A DNA stretch of 63,899 bases, filler included, from Octopus bimaculoides (Eukaryota), in NCBI RefSeq assembly GCF_001194135.2. It is 7 parts of 6 records of this genome, joined end to end, with 100 filler letters (N's around TTAATTAATTAA, not from the genome) between each part and the next. Parts side by side here need not be neighbours in the genome. Positions count along the whole stretch, not along the records: positions 1 to 16,843 come from NC_068982.1; 6 more parts are not named here. The stretch is one strand, 5' to 3'. A model generated the notes under the pieces. The model was not told the DNA's origin. It did not search any database and saw only the letters and a program-made list of their open reading frames with translations. Both the position numbers and the translations under genes were made by a program. Shown one piece after another: positions 1 to 12,249 of this stretch (its first letter is position 1; each line of letters opens with the position of its first letter).

Positions 1-51
1 TATATATATATATATATATATGTACATATATATATATATATACATATTATA

Positions 52-190
52 GCTTTTATCTTTTATTTGTTTCAGTCATTTAACCGTGGCCACACTGGGG
101 CACCACCTTGCAGGAATATTAGTCAAACAAATCAACTGCAGTACATTTTGTATTTTTTTTTTTAGGCTGGTATTTATTCTATCAGTCCTC
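52..190 (-). mobile_element. SINE family A, 3' tail fragment
   Basis: Reverse complement of the family A tail seen full-length at 34089-34505 (TTGTTTCAGTCATT..GTGGCCA..CTGGGGCACC..). Confidence 0.7.
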
Positions 191-1196
191 TTCACTATAA
201 ACACTTCCCTGTAACTTGGGTGTATAGTCCCTGTCCCCTCTCTGCCACATCTTTTCCAAGTTCCTCTTCTCTCCCTCTCCTCTCTCCTCCATCTGAGATA
301 GCCACATTTATCTTCCAATCCAAGACACCTTTGTCTCCCTCAATGCTACTCCTTCAGTTCAGGGGGTCTTGTCCTGCAAGTTACTTGGAGACCTCCCTGC
401 TGCTGGTGCCATGAAAGAAAGCCCCTGTCATTTTGTAAAGTGGTTGGTATTAGGAAGGGCATCCTGCTGTAGAGACCATGCCACAACAAGCAGCACAGCT
501 TGTTGCAGTCTTCTGACTTTCCAGTTTCTGTTGTGTAGTATATTCCTGGTTATGGAAAATAACCAGTCAGAAAGTAGCCATTGGTTACACATCTACTACT
601 GCATGTGGCAATATAGATGACTCACCAGATATGCATATAACATCTTTAATGGTGGAGGCAAATATACCATCTTCGTTAGCTTTGTGGTGAAGAAAGAACA
701 AAAAGAAACAAAGAACCCTTACTAGAAGGGAAAGAAGAGTTTCCTCCATTTGTATGATTACAGCTGTGACTGAAGGAAGTCAGCTGTGCCTGCATATGTT
801 TTTTCCATAGTCTGCAAGAGTGGAAAAGCAAATTCAAAAAAAAAAATTTTCTATCATGAGGACAGCAGCTGAAAGTCTCGCTTTTTAAGTTCAAGAAATC
901 ACCTGGATTGTGTGAAATTTTTAGGATTATTCTCATCTCAGCCAAGCAATATTTACACTCACTGCTTCTATTGAATTACAGACCAAGTTATTCCAGCTGC
1001 TTTCAGTTAATTTTGTATGGCATCTTTTAATCACATATAATTGGCTAAATATATTCTTGCCAGTAAGAGGTTTATAGGAACATTATTAGTCCACTTAGAA
1101 TAAAGAACTCAGAATTAGAAGTATGAATGTCAATAAGTTTAATCCATAACTACAAGTCCAACAAAATATATTTGATCAGACTGCTTGTTATGGATT

Positions 1197-1237
<41 letters not shown>

Positions 1238-1239
1238 CA

Positions 1240-2870
1240 CTAGCAGTAATAACCATCATTGATTGGGTAATTACTTTTACTCTTTCTTAGGAGCCACTTT
1301 CAAAATATTATTTTATATATAATTTACTCCTCCTGTATGTGTGTATTTTATAAAAGAAAAACATGTAATAAATGAAGTAGAAAAAAGATTAATTTCATAC
1401 ATGAACTTCTGTTTGTTTATTATATGACAATAATAAGTGTGTTGTATGTGTTATTTTATTCATCAATATACTAATGACAATTATATGATATGCTTCATTT
1501 AAATAGGTAATTTACTCATTCTTGAATGTAATGATAGTAATGGCAAATTAAGTTATTGAAGTATTCATGTTGCATTAAGAGTGAATATTTCTTTATAGGC
1601 AATGTTTTATTTGGGAACATAAGCAAAAAGGTTTGCATTTGCTCCCACACATGATGCACTTACATAAAGTTAGCCATGCGAAAAGCCTTGTTGAAGTTAC
1701 AATCCAGCAACTTTTAGTGTTTGACCCTGACTTTTATCAATGCTCATGGCAAAAGAAACTCAGATAGGAAACTGTAACCACTTAAATTGGAATGGGACAT
1801 TAGAGGGTATAACTGGTTTGTGAAGAATGTAAACAGTCTCACCTTTATCACAACCAATGAGAATATTTGCCTCAATGCAGATCCTCATCAGTTTGTGCAC
1901 AATTAATTTTGTACCATTGCATAATTTTGGTTGAGACAAATTATGTAATAGCATAATAGGAGTCCCTTTTATCAGGTGAAGACAATGAGGAGCTGTACCT
2001 GGTAGTTTTAGTGAGTTAGATGGGGTAGTTAACCCTATCTTGTCAATTGAGTTTAAGTGACTATTTCTCTTGGAACTTTATTCAATGGCATATTTATTTC
2101 TTCATTGCCCACAGGGGGCTAAACATAGAGGGGACAAACAAGGACAGACAAAGGGATTAAGTCGATTACATTGGCCCCAGTGTGTAACTGGTACTTATTA
2201 AATCGACCCCGAAAGGATGAAAGGCTAAGTCGACCTCGGCGGAATTTGAACACAGAACGTCACGGCAGATGAAATACCGCTAAGCATTTCGCCTGGTATG
2301 GTAATGACTCTGCCAAGTTTATTCAATGGCATATTATTAATGTTATTTACAGTAACAATTTTTGGAGCCAGGATAGCTCACTCAGAGATTCAATTTGTAT
2401 TGTGGTAATTATGAAGAAGATTTGGAAAGGTTTCATACATCAAATCATCAATGGAATTGGTTGAATTACATACTGGATTCAGTGAAAGAAACTGTTCTTC
2501 ATCAATTGGAACTCTCCCTTCACCAAGTTTCAAAAGCTGCTCTGTAGATAGTTCGGCTGATTGATCTCTTGAAAGCTTCGAGCTCATATTTGTTGAAAGT
2601 TGAAGTGTTTTTGCATGATGCCATAATACAGAAGACTTTACTGAAGCATTTAGCTCATCCACTTTCATTCCTCTTGGAACAACTGGTAATGTTTGTCAGA
2701 AGTCTCCTGACAATAATACTGTGACATTTCCCATGATGGAATTACAATTTCTGATGTCTCGTAATGTTCCGTCCACAGTGAGTTTGATTTCCGGACCAGG
2801 CTGTGTGTTTCCAGACCAGGTTGCGTGTTGTGTCCATCATATATATACATATGTGTGTGTATTTATAGAT
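1240..2870 (-). mobile_element. Helitron 3' remnant with decayed PIF1-type helicase
   Basis: Minus-strand peptides GNVTVLLSGDF*QTLPVVPR, DELNASVKSSVLWHHAKTLQLSTNM and [32 protein letters not shown] match Helitron helicase C-terminal motifs; minus strand ends in CTAG followed by T (plus-strand 1239-1243) after a short hairpin-like segment. Confidence 0.85.
2095..2317 (-). mobile_element. SINE family B inserted in the Helitron, 18-bp TSD
   Basis: Matches other B copies (e.g. 49365-49598); flanked by the identical direct repeat TTTATTCAATGGCATATT at 2077-2094 and 2318-2335. Confidence 0.9.
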
Positions 2871-2945
2871 TTATACCAAAATTTGGTAAAAATATTGTAT
2901 CTGTTATCAAACATAGCAAAATACTCACATGTGAGTTTTTGTATG

Positions 2946-3146
2946 TATATCGATTTAAATAAGAGCTAAAATCTGATCCATTGTAAAGACTTTATTATGA
3001 CCTATGGTCATTTCGGTGCAATATCCAGACAATATTCCATATTTTATAATATGCATGAATCAATCTGGATATTGCATCGAAATGACCATAGGTCATAATA
3101 AAGTCTTTACAATGGATCAGATTTTAGCTCTTATTTAAATCGATAT
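2946..3146. repeat. Fold-back (inverted repeat) element, ~84-bp arms and 34-nt spacer
   Basis: 2946-3029 is the near-perfect reverse complement of 3064-3146. Confidence 0.9.
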
Positions 3147-4435
3147 ATATATATATATATATATATGATGGACTCAGGTGTAGAAATGAGTTGCAGCATC
3201 ACTGATGCCAAGCTGTATCGGCCTTTGCCTTTCCCTTGGATAAAATCGGTGGCAGGGAGAGGGTTGGCTGGTACCCATGGGTGACTGCTGGTCTTCCATA
3301 AACAAACTTGCCAGTACTTGTGCTTCAGTATAATCCCATGGTCATTCATGACCAAAGGGGATCTTTACCCTTTACCCCATATATATGTGTGTGTGTGTGT
3401 GTGTGTATACATACATACATACATAAACATACACACACACATATATATATTTATTTGTGATGTACGGTTTGCCATGTGTATCCCAGTTTCAAAATTATTA
3501 TACCATGTCCCTGTGTATTGCAAGAAGCAGCTAGAAGAGTTGGCAAGAAGAATAAGGGTTTCTGGCTGTAAGACGCTGCTTCAGAAAAGGAGAACCAATC
3601 CATACAAGCATGGAAAAGTAGACATAAAATCATTATGGTGATGATGATGATGATGATGATGATGACGATGACAGCGACAATGATGACGATGATGATGATG
3701 ATGTTGATGCTTATATGTATGTTGTGTTAAAAACAAAACTGCATTCGAGTTTTTATTTATATTTTTATATTTCTATTACATATCTTTGTATGCGTTCCTT
3801 ACAGTTAGTTTAGCACTGTTCACAAACCGATCATCAATGTTTTTAGACATTCAAGATTTCAATCTACCGAATGAAGTAGTTGGTGTTGATGCTGATGTTG
3901 CTGGTGTTGGTGTGTGTTGCTACCACTTTATAGTATACATGAGCAATGAAGTAGATGGTGACATTGCTACCAGAATTCAAATTTTTGACTGTTAGCATTT
4001 CACTTCAGTAGTCAGGGAATCATTTCTGTTTCTCACTATATTATCCAAGTGCTTATATTAACATTACATTGTGCTACTGCTTCCATCATTAATTGTCTAT
4101 TTTTAAAGGGAATTCTATAAAGGAAGGACATGCTGTTTACTCATGTTTTTCTATCTAGCTCTGTTTTATTTTGTGTAATGTAGTGCATCATCAATGCTCT
4201 CTGTTGAAAGAACATGGTATTGGCATAAAACTATTATACTTGTAAGGATAATACAACAGCTGGAGTAGTAAAACCTCACATCTTTCACATTTGCAATCAA
4301 ATTTGTAAAACACATCAGCCATTAATGGCTTGTTTGTAGCTTACAGGTATGCAGTTGGTTATTGATAAAGAAGTTTCTAATTTTAGTGTTTTTGTAATAC
4401 ATTAATTACTTCCAGGTTAAGGTTGGGCATAGATC

Positions 4436-4677
4436 TTTTTATTTTTTTACTTGTTTCAGTCAGTAGACTGTGGCCATGCTGGGGCACTGCCTTGAAGAAT
4501 TTTTAGTCAAATGAATCAACCTCAGTGATTTTTCTTTTTTCAAGTTTGATATTTATTCCTCCACCCACTTTTTCTGAACTTCTATGTTACAGGAATGTAA
4601 ACACACCAATAACAAGTTGTCAAGCGGTAATGGCAAGGGGGTGGGGGTCAAACACAGACACAATCACACATACACAT

Positions 4678-4708
<31 letters not shown>

Positions 4709-5320
4709 NNNNNNNNNNNNNNNNNNNNNNNNNNNNNNNNNNNNNNNNNNNNNNNNNNNNNNNNNNNNNNNNNNNNNNNNNNNNNNNNNNNNNNNNNNNN
4801 NNNNNNNNNNNNNNNNNNNNNNNNNNNNNNNNNNNNNNNNNNNNNNNNNNNNNNNNNNNNNNNNNNNNNNNNNNNNNNNNNNNNNNNNNNNNNNNNNNNN
4901 NNNNNNNNNNNNNNNNNNNNNNNNNNNNNNNNNNNNNNNNNNNNNNNNNNNNNNNNNNNNNNNNNNNNNNNNNNNNNNNNNNNNNNNNNNNNNNNNNNNN
5001 NNNNNNNNNNNNNNNNNNNNNNNNNNNNNNNNNNNNNNNNNNNNNNNNNNNNNNNNNNNNGTGTGTATGTGTGTGTGTGTGTGTGTGTGTATGTGTGTAT
5101 GTGTGTGTATATGTTTGTGTGTCTGTTTTTGTCCCCCCAACATCGCTTGACAACCAGTGCTGGTGTGTTTACATCTCAGTAACTTAGAGGTTCAGCAAAA
5201 GAGAGCGATAGAATAAGTACTAGGCTTACAAAGAATAAGTCCTGGGGTCGATTTACTCGACTAAAGGCGGTGCTCCAGCATGGCCACAGTCAAATGACTG
5301 AAACGAGTATAAGAGAGAGA
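4436..5320. mobile_element. Two partial family A SINEs in opposite orientation either side of an N-gap
   Basis: 4436-4680 is minus-strand body and tail; 5061-5320 is plus-strand body and tail; the gap 4709-5060 lies in their (TA)n/(TG)n tracts. Confidence 0.75.
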
Positions 5321-5354
5321 GAATGAATATATAGAAATATAGAAATATATATAT

Positions 5355-5508
5355 ATATATATACATATTTGACAGGCTTCTTTAAGTTTCCATCAACCAA
5401 ATCCACTTACAAGCCTTCAGTTGGTCCAAGGCTAAAATGTCACTCAGTGAGACTGAACCTAGAACCATGTGGTTGAGAAGCAAACTTCTTATCACATGGC
5501 CATACCTG
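5355..5508 (-). mobile_element. SINE family A head, diverged
   Basis: Reverse-complement similarity to the tRNA-like head at 34089-34240. Confidence 0.6.
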
Positions 5509-6242
5509 TATACTATACACCTGAAACATTTTTACACTTTTAAGTATTAGGTGTGGCTGGTATATTATTAATAGATGTTGTGACTGATGTAGTTTATTGC
5601 TTGAATTTGGCTCCACATAGTTGATTTGTGTTCACAATATTCTGTAGATTTCTTTATGTAGCGCTCAGTTTGAGTAAGGAAATCTTTCATATTAGAATTT
5701 TACCACTGTCATTTTATACCTATGTGAATATGAGAACATCCACTTTCTGTATAAAACTTGTATCATCATTAATGTAGACAAATGTGATATATTTGTTATA
5801 TTTTAACAAAAGATTAATGTCTAGAAATTAAGTTATTATCCCTAGCAGTTGTATTTATCTATAGTTCTTGATAATAAATTGCAGTTTTCTATTTTCTTTC
5901 ACTGACTTGACATCTTCCAGAGTTCCATTAAAATAAGTATATCATCTACATGCCTTCAATATATCAAACATTAATCTCCAGAGAACAGCAATCATTTGTG
6001 AAAGTTGTTCACTTAGGCAGTGGTTGTCAATGTAAGAACTTCTGTGAAGAGGAATATGCTCAGATTTAACAGTAAACAAGGAAATATACAAAGAAAAGGG
6101 GCAGCCATCTGCATCCATAATACTGGAGATGTGACCAACGTCTTCTTGGTTTGGTTGGACAGAAAACTTACAAAGTACTTAGGAGAAAAATGAATAACTT
6201 TTATCCTGTAAAGCAGATATTTAGAGAACATAAATCTTACAG

Positions 6243-6620
6243 AGTAAAGATTATTTGCCAACATAACATGGTAGTCCTGGTTTAGGATGAATGTTGCTGT
6301 AATTTAGCCCCAGGAGACATCATCTCCAACTGGCTATATGACACAATCTGTGTCCTTATATTTTTGAACAAGGGAATCTAGAACCCTCACTCGGCTCAAA
6401 ACAATATCTGTGTATCACGATTTCTGGGTTATTTCTCTTCATCAGGGATACACAGATATTGTTTTGAGCTGAGTGGGGGTGCTAGATTCCCTTGTTCAAA
6501 AATATAAGGACACAGATCGTGTCATATAGCCAGTTGGAGACGATGTCTCCTGGGGCTAAATTACAGCAACATTCATCCTAAACCAGGACTGACATGTTAT
6601 GTTGGCAAACAATCTTTACT
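6243..6620. mobile_element. Fold-back element, ~174-bp arms, hammerhead-like core in the ~30-nt spacer
   Basis: 6243-6416 is the reverse complement of 6447-6620 with few mismatches; an internally deleted copy lies at 50652-50866. Confidence 0.9.
6411..6452 (-). ncRNA. Degenerate type-I hammerhead ribozyme motif
   Basis: Minus strand TGTATCC-CTGATGA-A-GAG-AAATAA-CCC-A-GAAA-TCGT-GATACA; core motifs present, helix I formed by the fold-back arms, NUH cleavage triplet not intact. Confidence 0.45.
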
Positions 6621-7104
6621 TCAAAATACTGTTGCTGAATATCTCACGTTGTGAGATTTAAGAATAGTAATTTTCTTATAAATCTTATAGTTATGCACAC
6701 ACATGCACACAAATCTCCAACTGTGTAAATACAGTAATAAAAGCATGAAATCAATGATCCAGACCTGAGATAACGAGGGTATGTCATTGATGAAATCACA
6801 AATGGCAAGAAAAGGACTCTGATAAACCAGTTGATCAATAGCTTGCCAAATGATCAATCAACCAATCAATCAACCAATCAATCAGTTAAATGATTAGCTA
6901 ATTGACTAATAATAATAAAAACAAGTTAAATACAACCAGTGTGTGTGTCTCTTATTGGCAAAATGATCATCCCAAGACACACATCTGTTTCATTTCACAT
7001 CTTCATATCAAGACCAATGCAAAACAAATACAAAAGCATGGACACTTCCCTTGGTCCTACTCCTTCTTTCAACAAAGTGGTCTATGTCTTGCAAGTTACT
7101 TGGT

Positions 7105-8030
7105 GACCCTGCTGGTGCCACATAAAAGGCACATGTGCAGGTGCCACGTAAAAAGCACCAAGTACACTCTGTAATGTGTTTAATGTTAGGAAGAGCATCC
7201 AGCTGTAGAAACCATGCCAAAACAGACGATGGTGCTCGGTGACCTGGTGTGCATCCCACCCCTGCTAGCCTTACCAGCTCTAGTCAAACTGTCTAACCCA
7301 TCTCGTTTTACTCTTTTACTTGTTTCAGTCATTTGACTGTGGCAATGCTGGAGCACCGCCTTTAGTCAAGCAAATCGACCCCAGGACTTATTTTTTGTAA
7401 GCCTAGTACTTATTCTATTGGTCTCTTTTGCTGAACCGCTAAGTTATGGGGACATAAACACACCAGCATTGGTTGTCAAGCGATGCTGGGGGGACAAACA
7501 CAGACACACAAACATATACACACNNNNNNNNNNNNNNNNNNNNNNNNNNNNNNNNNNNNNNNNNNNNNNNNNNNNNNNNNNNNNNNNNNNNNNNNNNNNN
7601 NNNNNNNNNNNNNNNNNNNNNNNNNNNNNNNNNNNNNNNNNNNNNNNNNNNNNNNNNNNNNNNNNNNNNNNNNNNNNNNNNNNNNNNNNNNNNNNNNNNN
7701 NNNNNNNNNNNNNNNNNNNNNNNNNNNNNNNNNNNNNNNNNNNNNNNNNNNNNNNNNNNNNNNNNNNNNNNNNNNNNNNNNNNNNNNNNTATATATATAT
7801 ACATATATACGACAGGCTTCTTTCAGTTTCCGCCTACCAAATCCACTCACAAGGCTTTGGTTGGCCCGAGGCTATAGTAGAAGACACTTGCCCAAGGTGC
7901 CACACAGTGGGAATGAACCTGGAACCATGTTGTTGGTAAGCAAGCTACTTACCACACAACTACTCCTGCGCCATGATAGCATCGAAAACGGATGTTAAAA
8001 CGATGATGGTGATGATGATGATAATGATCA
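7105..8030 (+). mobile_element. RTE-LINE 3' UTR fragment (family C) interrupted by a family A SINE
   Basis: The C tail ..AAACTGTCTAACCCAT resumes as GATAGCATCGAAAACGGATGTTAAA(CGATGATG..) after 7972. Confidence 0.75.
7302..7972 (-). mobile_element. SINE family A, full length (internal microsatellite in N-gap)
   Basis: Head (..TACTCCTGCGCC) at the 7972 end and tail (TTTTACTCTTTTACTTGTTTCAGTC) at the 7305 end; gap 7524-7789. Confidence 0.9.
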
Positions 8031-9488
8031 GAAAGAGAGAGTGTTTCACACACAAACACCTATGTCTATAGTTATTTACATATATAGATATATTTATACC
8101 TATATTGCACGTGTATAAATGGGCGTGCATGTGTTTGTATGTATGCATTTAGACATAACGTGTATATTATATATATAACATGTAATATATACATTATATA
8201 TATTCATGCATATATGTGATGTGATCTCATGATTTATGCAGTAATGTCATCTGCATCGTATTGTTGAAATAAATTGCATATTTGTTTCTTTTTTATTTTT
8301 CATGGCTAATGTGGTTTATTGTGTTTCGAAAAAAATATAAAGTAATTGTTAATTTTGAATGAATGTTAATTTTCCAATAACATATTACAATATTCTTGGG
8401 GAGCCAGCCAGACAGATATGCTTGTCGATGTTTAAGGAAACTTGTATTGATTTTAACCATTATAGACCAACCACAAAAACTCAAACATCTCCAGTTTAAT
8501 ATTATGCTGGACAAATGGTAGAAGTAATTGATTATATCACGGAGATTTTAAAAAAGATTTCCCCAACTTTATCTCGCCCAACAAGTTTGGGAATAAATTT
8601 AACATTTATTCATGTAACATTTAATCAATTATTTATCTAGCATCAGCTTTTCAGTGTTAGCTAGCTGGCATGAACAGTTGTGCGGTTTAGGTTTATTTGT
8701 GTTTGAATTATTTGAGTAATGTTTTACATTTGGAAAATATTTGTAATATTTATTCAAATATTGTTTGGATTCTGAAGCATTAACAGACATGTGAGATAAA
8801 TCTCCTCTCCTACTCTATCAGCATACAATAGGATCCCAGTCTATTGCAAGAAATATTACAAAGAGATCTCATTGTTATTCTGTCCAGCTTGGTGAACATT
8901 GGCAGGAAAAAAAGTCGTAAGTAGAGTCACAATAAAATACTAGCTGTAACATGGAGGAGCTATTTTACCCATTTAAAATTATTAAATTCATGTTTAATTT
9001 ATTTGTTGAGGTGTTGAAATTTTTGCCACACAGTTGCATCCTGGTCACTGTGACACAATTCCACTGAAACTCACTGGTCATTGGCACTGCTTCCCTGAGA
9101 AAAGAGGAAATAACACGCCCACACTTATTTTTATTACAATAAGTCACAGTTGAGTTGGCAGTTATGTCAGTATAAGAATAGACTGATCAGAAAATAAAAT
9201 AAGAATTAATATAAGCATGTAAGAAACAGTACACAACAATATCCTGGCTACACTCAGACATACAAGTCAAGACTGATAAGAAGAAAAAGAAAAACCAAAT
9301 ATAATTATCAAGAACTGGAACAAAACATCTTTTCTCCTTCTAACCAAAACATCGTCCAGAAGGTGGTTTAAAAAAGGAAAAACTATCATAGCAAAAGGGT
9401 TTTGATATCAAAATAAGCAGGATGTGAAGCATGAAAGTGGAAAACTAAGAATAACAATTAGGGCACAAGGCACAGTAATAATGATTTC

Positions 9489-9854
9489 AAGTTTTTACAA
9501 TTTTTACAGCAGATGACAACGTTTCTCTAAAAGAAATGGAGAAACTTTCAAAATACAAAGACCTGGAAATAGAGGTAACTCGAATGTGGACTCTAAAAAC
9601 AGAAACAATTCCTATCATAGTAGGCGCTTTAGGTATGATACAAAAATATTCAGACAAATACATAACAAAAACACCAGGACTTACAAATATATATAACATG
9701 CAGGAAATTGCACTACTGGGCACTGCACACATCCTACGCAAAACACTTTCAATACAGTAACCATAAGAGCATCACAGCAAACCACAGCACATACCCAAGG
9801 CACACAGAGCTGCGCTTGGTAGTGAAGTGAAAGCACGCTATAAAAATAAAACTA

Positions 9855-9910
<56 letters not shown>
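9489..9910 (+). mobile_element. R4/Dong-type LINE 3' end (restriction-like endonuclease C-terminus) with (AAT)n tail
   Basis: KEMEKLSKYKDLEIEVTRMW..TIPIIVGALG..IALLGTAHILRKTL*, the K..K..KY motif of RLE-clade LINEs; (AAT)n at ~9858-9910. Confidence 0.85.
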
Positions 9911-9911
<1 letters not shown>

Positions 9912-10121
9912 CTTTTTTACTCTAGGCACAGGGCCCGAAACTTTTGGGAAGGGAGCCAATCGAGTAGATTGACCCCGGTACGCAACTGGTACTTAATTTA
10001 TCAACCCTGAAAGGATGAAAGGCAAAGTCAACTTCGGCGGAATTTGAACTCAGAACGTAAAGATAGACGAAATACCGCTAAGCAATTTGCCCAGCGCACT
10101 AACGTTTCTACCAGCTCGCCG
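9911..10121 (-). mobile_element. SINE family B
   Basis: Reverse-complement match to the B consensus (GGCGAGCTGGCAGAAACGTTAG..GAGTTCAAATTCCGCC). Confidence 0.85.
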
Positions 10122-10145
10122 ACAATGATGATGATGATGATTATA

Positions 10146-10211
<66 letters not shown>

Positions 10212-10212
10212 T

Positions 10213-10492
10213 TGATGAGAGTCAAACAAAGGTTATCCATATTGTCATCGGAGCATTGGGTTCAATACCATCCAATCTGAAAAAACATCTGAAAACCTTA
10301 GAAATATCTTATAATCTAGGTGTATTGCAAAAGTCAGCATTAATTGGAACTGCAAGCATATTGCGTAAAGTACTGTCTGTCTGAGGTCCTTGTTGCAACC
10401 TGACAAACAGTACAAATCCCCCTGTAGACACAATATTTTCAATCAACAACCTCACGATACTGTATACTGTGTAACATTTATAATAATAATAA
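10213..10492 (+). mobile_element. Second R4/Dong-type LINE 3' end, between (AAT)n tracts
   Basis: VKTKVIHIVIGALGSIPSNLKKHLKTL..LQKSALIGTASILRKVLSV*; (AAT)n on both sides. Confidence 0.8.
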
Positions 10493-10495
10493 TGA

Positions 10496-12190
10496 TTTCA
10501 TTTATTTACCACAAGGGCGAAGGATGAGGGGGACAATACAAAGACAGACATAAAGTGTGGGGAGTTTACATATAATGAAATGATAATAAAAAAATGAAAG
10601 AAAGAAAGAAAGTATACATGGTATACACTAAAAAAGAAGGGACATATGCATAGCATACAAAGGTTTGAAAAAAATAAGTGGTGTGGAGGATGAGAGAAAT
10701 GCAGCCTTCCTGATAGAGGAAGGCCCCTAGGAATAATCAAGAAACCCCATTGTCCGAGATTTCCCTGAAACTCCAGGAGCAAGTGCCCTCTCCAATTCCT
10801 TCTCTCCGACTCACAGATCTACAACTTAGAGAAGTACCATCCACTCTTGTCCTTTTCGCAACTTTCACCCACCTTTCAATAAACTCACTAGAGACAGCTC
10901 TTCCCTCTCCACTCTCAATTTTCTTTTCAAATGAAACTTGAAGAAGTCAATGAGAGCTCTACCATAGAGGAATGTATCTGTCCTTATGCTTTTCAGCCTT
11001 GTCCACCAAACAGCCACAGCCACCAGGCAAAGGAAAACTGCCTTGCCTGCTTGATTGAAGAAGGGTCATGGTGCAATCATCACTACAGACTCGGCTGACA
11101 GATGGATCCATCCCACATGTGAGAGCAGCTGTTCAACATAACCCCACAAGTCAGTAATACCCGGACACTGAAGGAGGGTATGCAGAATGGTTTTGTCACT
11201 CTGCGCATACCTTGGACAAACCAGTCTGATAGCACATCCGCACCTGTAGAGTTTATCTTGAACCAGTAGTGCACCCCAGCAGCACTGCCAGGCCAAGGAT
11301 ATCTGGAAATTATCTATGATAGTTCCTGACCAGAAAGTCCTCTGGAACAGACTAGCCAGTCCATTCTCATCGGCACCAAGAGTTTCCCCGAGAATGGCGT
11401 TGCACTTCCCTAAAACTAATCCCCTATAAATTTGTAAAGCGGGACATCCACCAATCCCATTGCCCGACTGATATAGGGTTGTGAGCACCTGATGATATTC
11501 TAGGTGCCAGGCACCCCGTCTCGGTCTTTTCTTCACCCAAGAGTTTAGCTCCATCAAGGAAACAAGCTGCGGAAAGACCAGCCTCACAAACGGAGCTCAC
11601 TCATGCTCACCGTCCAGAAATCGTTGCAGATGGCATAATCTAAGTGCATGATTGTGCATTAGGAGCCTCAGCATACCTAATCCACAACTCAGAGGATACT
11701 GGCAACATACTGACCAACTGACCATTGGAACGCATCCCTTCCACAAGAATTTAAATAAGAGATGCTCCAACCTGGTCAAGCAGTAACCAGGAAAAGGCAT
11801 GATGGTCAGGTAATAAATGATAACGGAAGCGATGTAAGCATTCGCCACCTCTGCCCAACCTTTCAGGGACAGCTTCCTCTCCTCCGATTTCTGGGTAAGA
11901 CTGGCCACCTTGTTTGCCACCTCGTCCTAGTTCTTATCAACCTGGAGGTCAGGACCAAACCTGACCCCAAGCAGTTTAACTGGTCTTTTGGTCCAGCGTC
12001 TGATGATGCTGTCCAATGGCATCATCCTGCCTCTCCAGGAACCCAACTGAGAAACCCACCGATTTGTCAGTATTCATTTTAGCCCCTGAAACTGATTTAT
12101 ATTCATTTAGGATGGAGCCAACTGTCTCCACTTCAGAGGCGTCTGACACCATAATGGTAACATCGTCCACGTATGCCGACACTGCTCTTC
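10496..12190 (-). mobile_element. L1/Tx1-type LINE, 5'-truncated and frameshifted
   Basis: SAYVDDVT (RT YADD-like motif), GAKMN..KS, KLSLKG..FLWKG, CPR..ETILH.LLQCP zinc-knuckle region; homologous to 21641-23650. Confidence 0.9.
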
Positions 12191-12203
12191 CTTCTCCTTA
12201 ATG

Positions 12204-12240
<37 letters not shown>

Positions 12241-12249
12241 TGATGATGA

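Noticed and set aside
4525-5187. Long ORFs spanning N-gaps and microsatellites (also at 7418, 20650-21415, 28626-29263, 49669-50473, 51561-52551 and 55552-56680)
   Set aside because: They are artefacts of N runs and dinucleotide repeats (YIYI, CVCV, THTH peptides), not genes.
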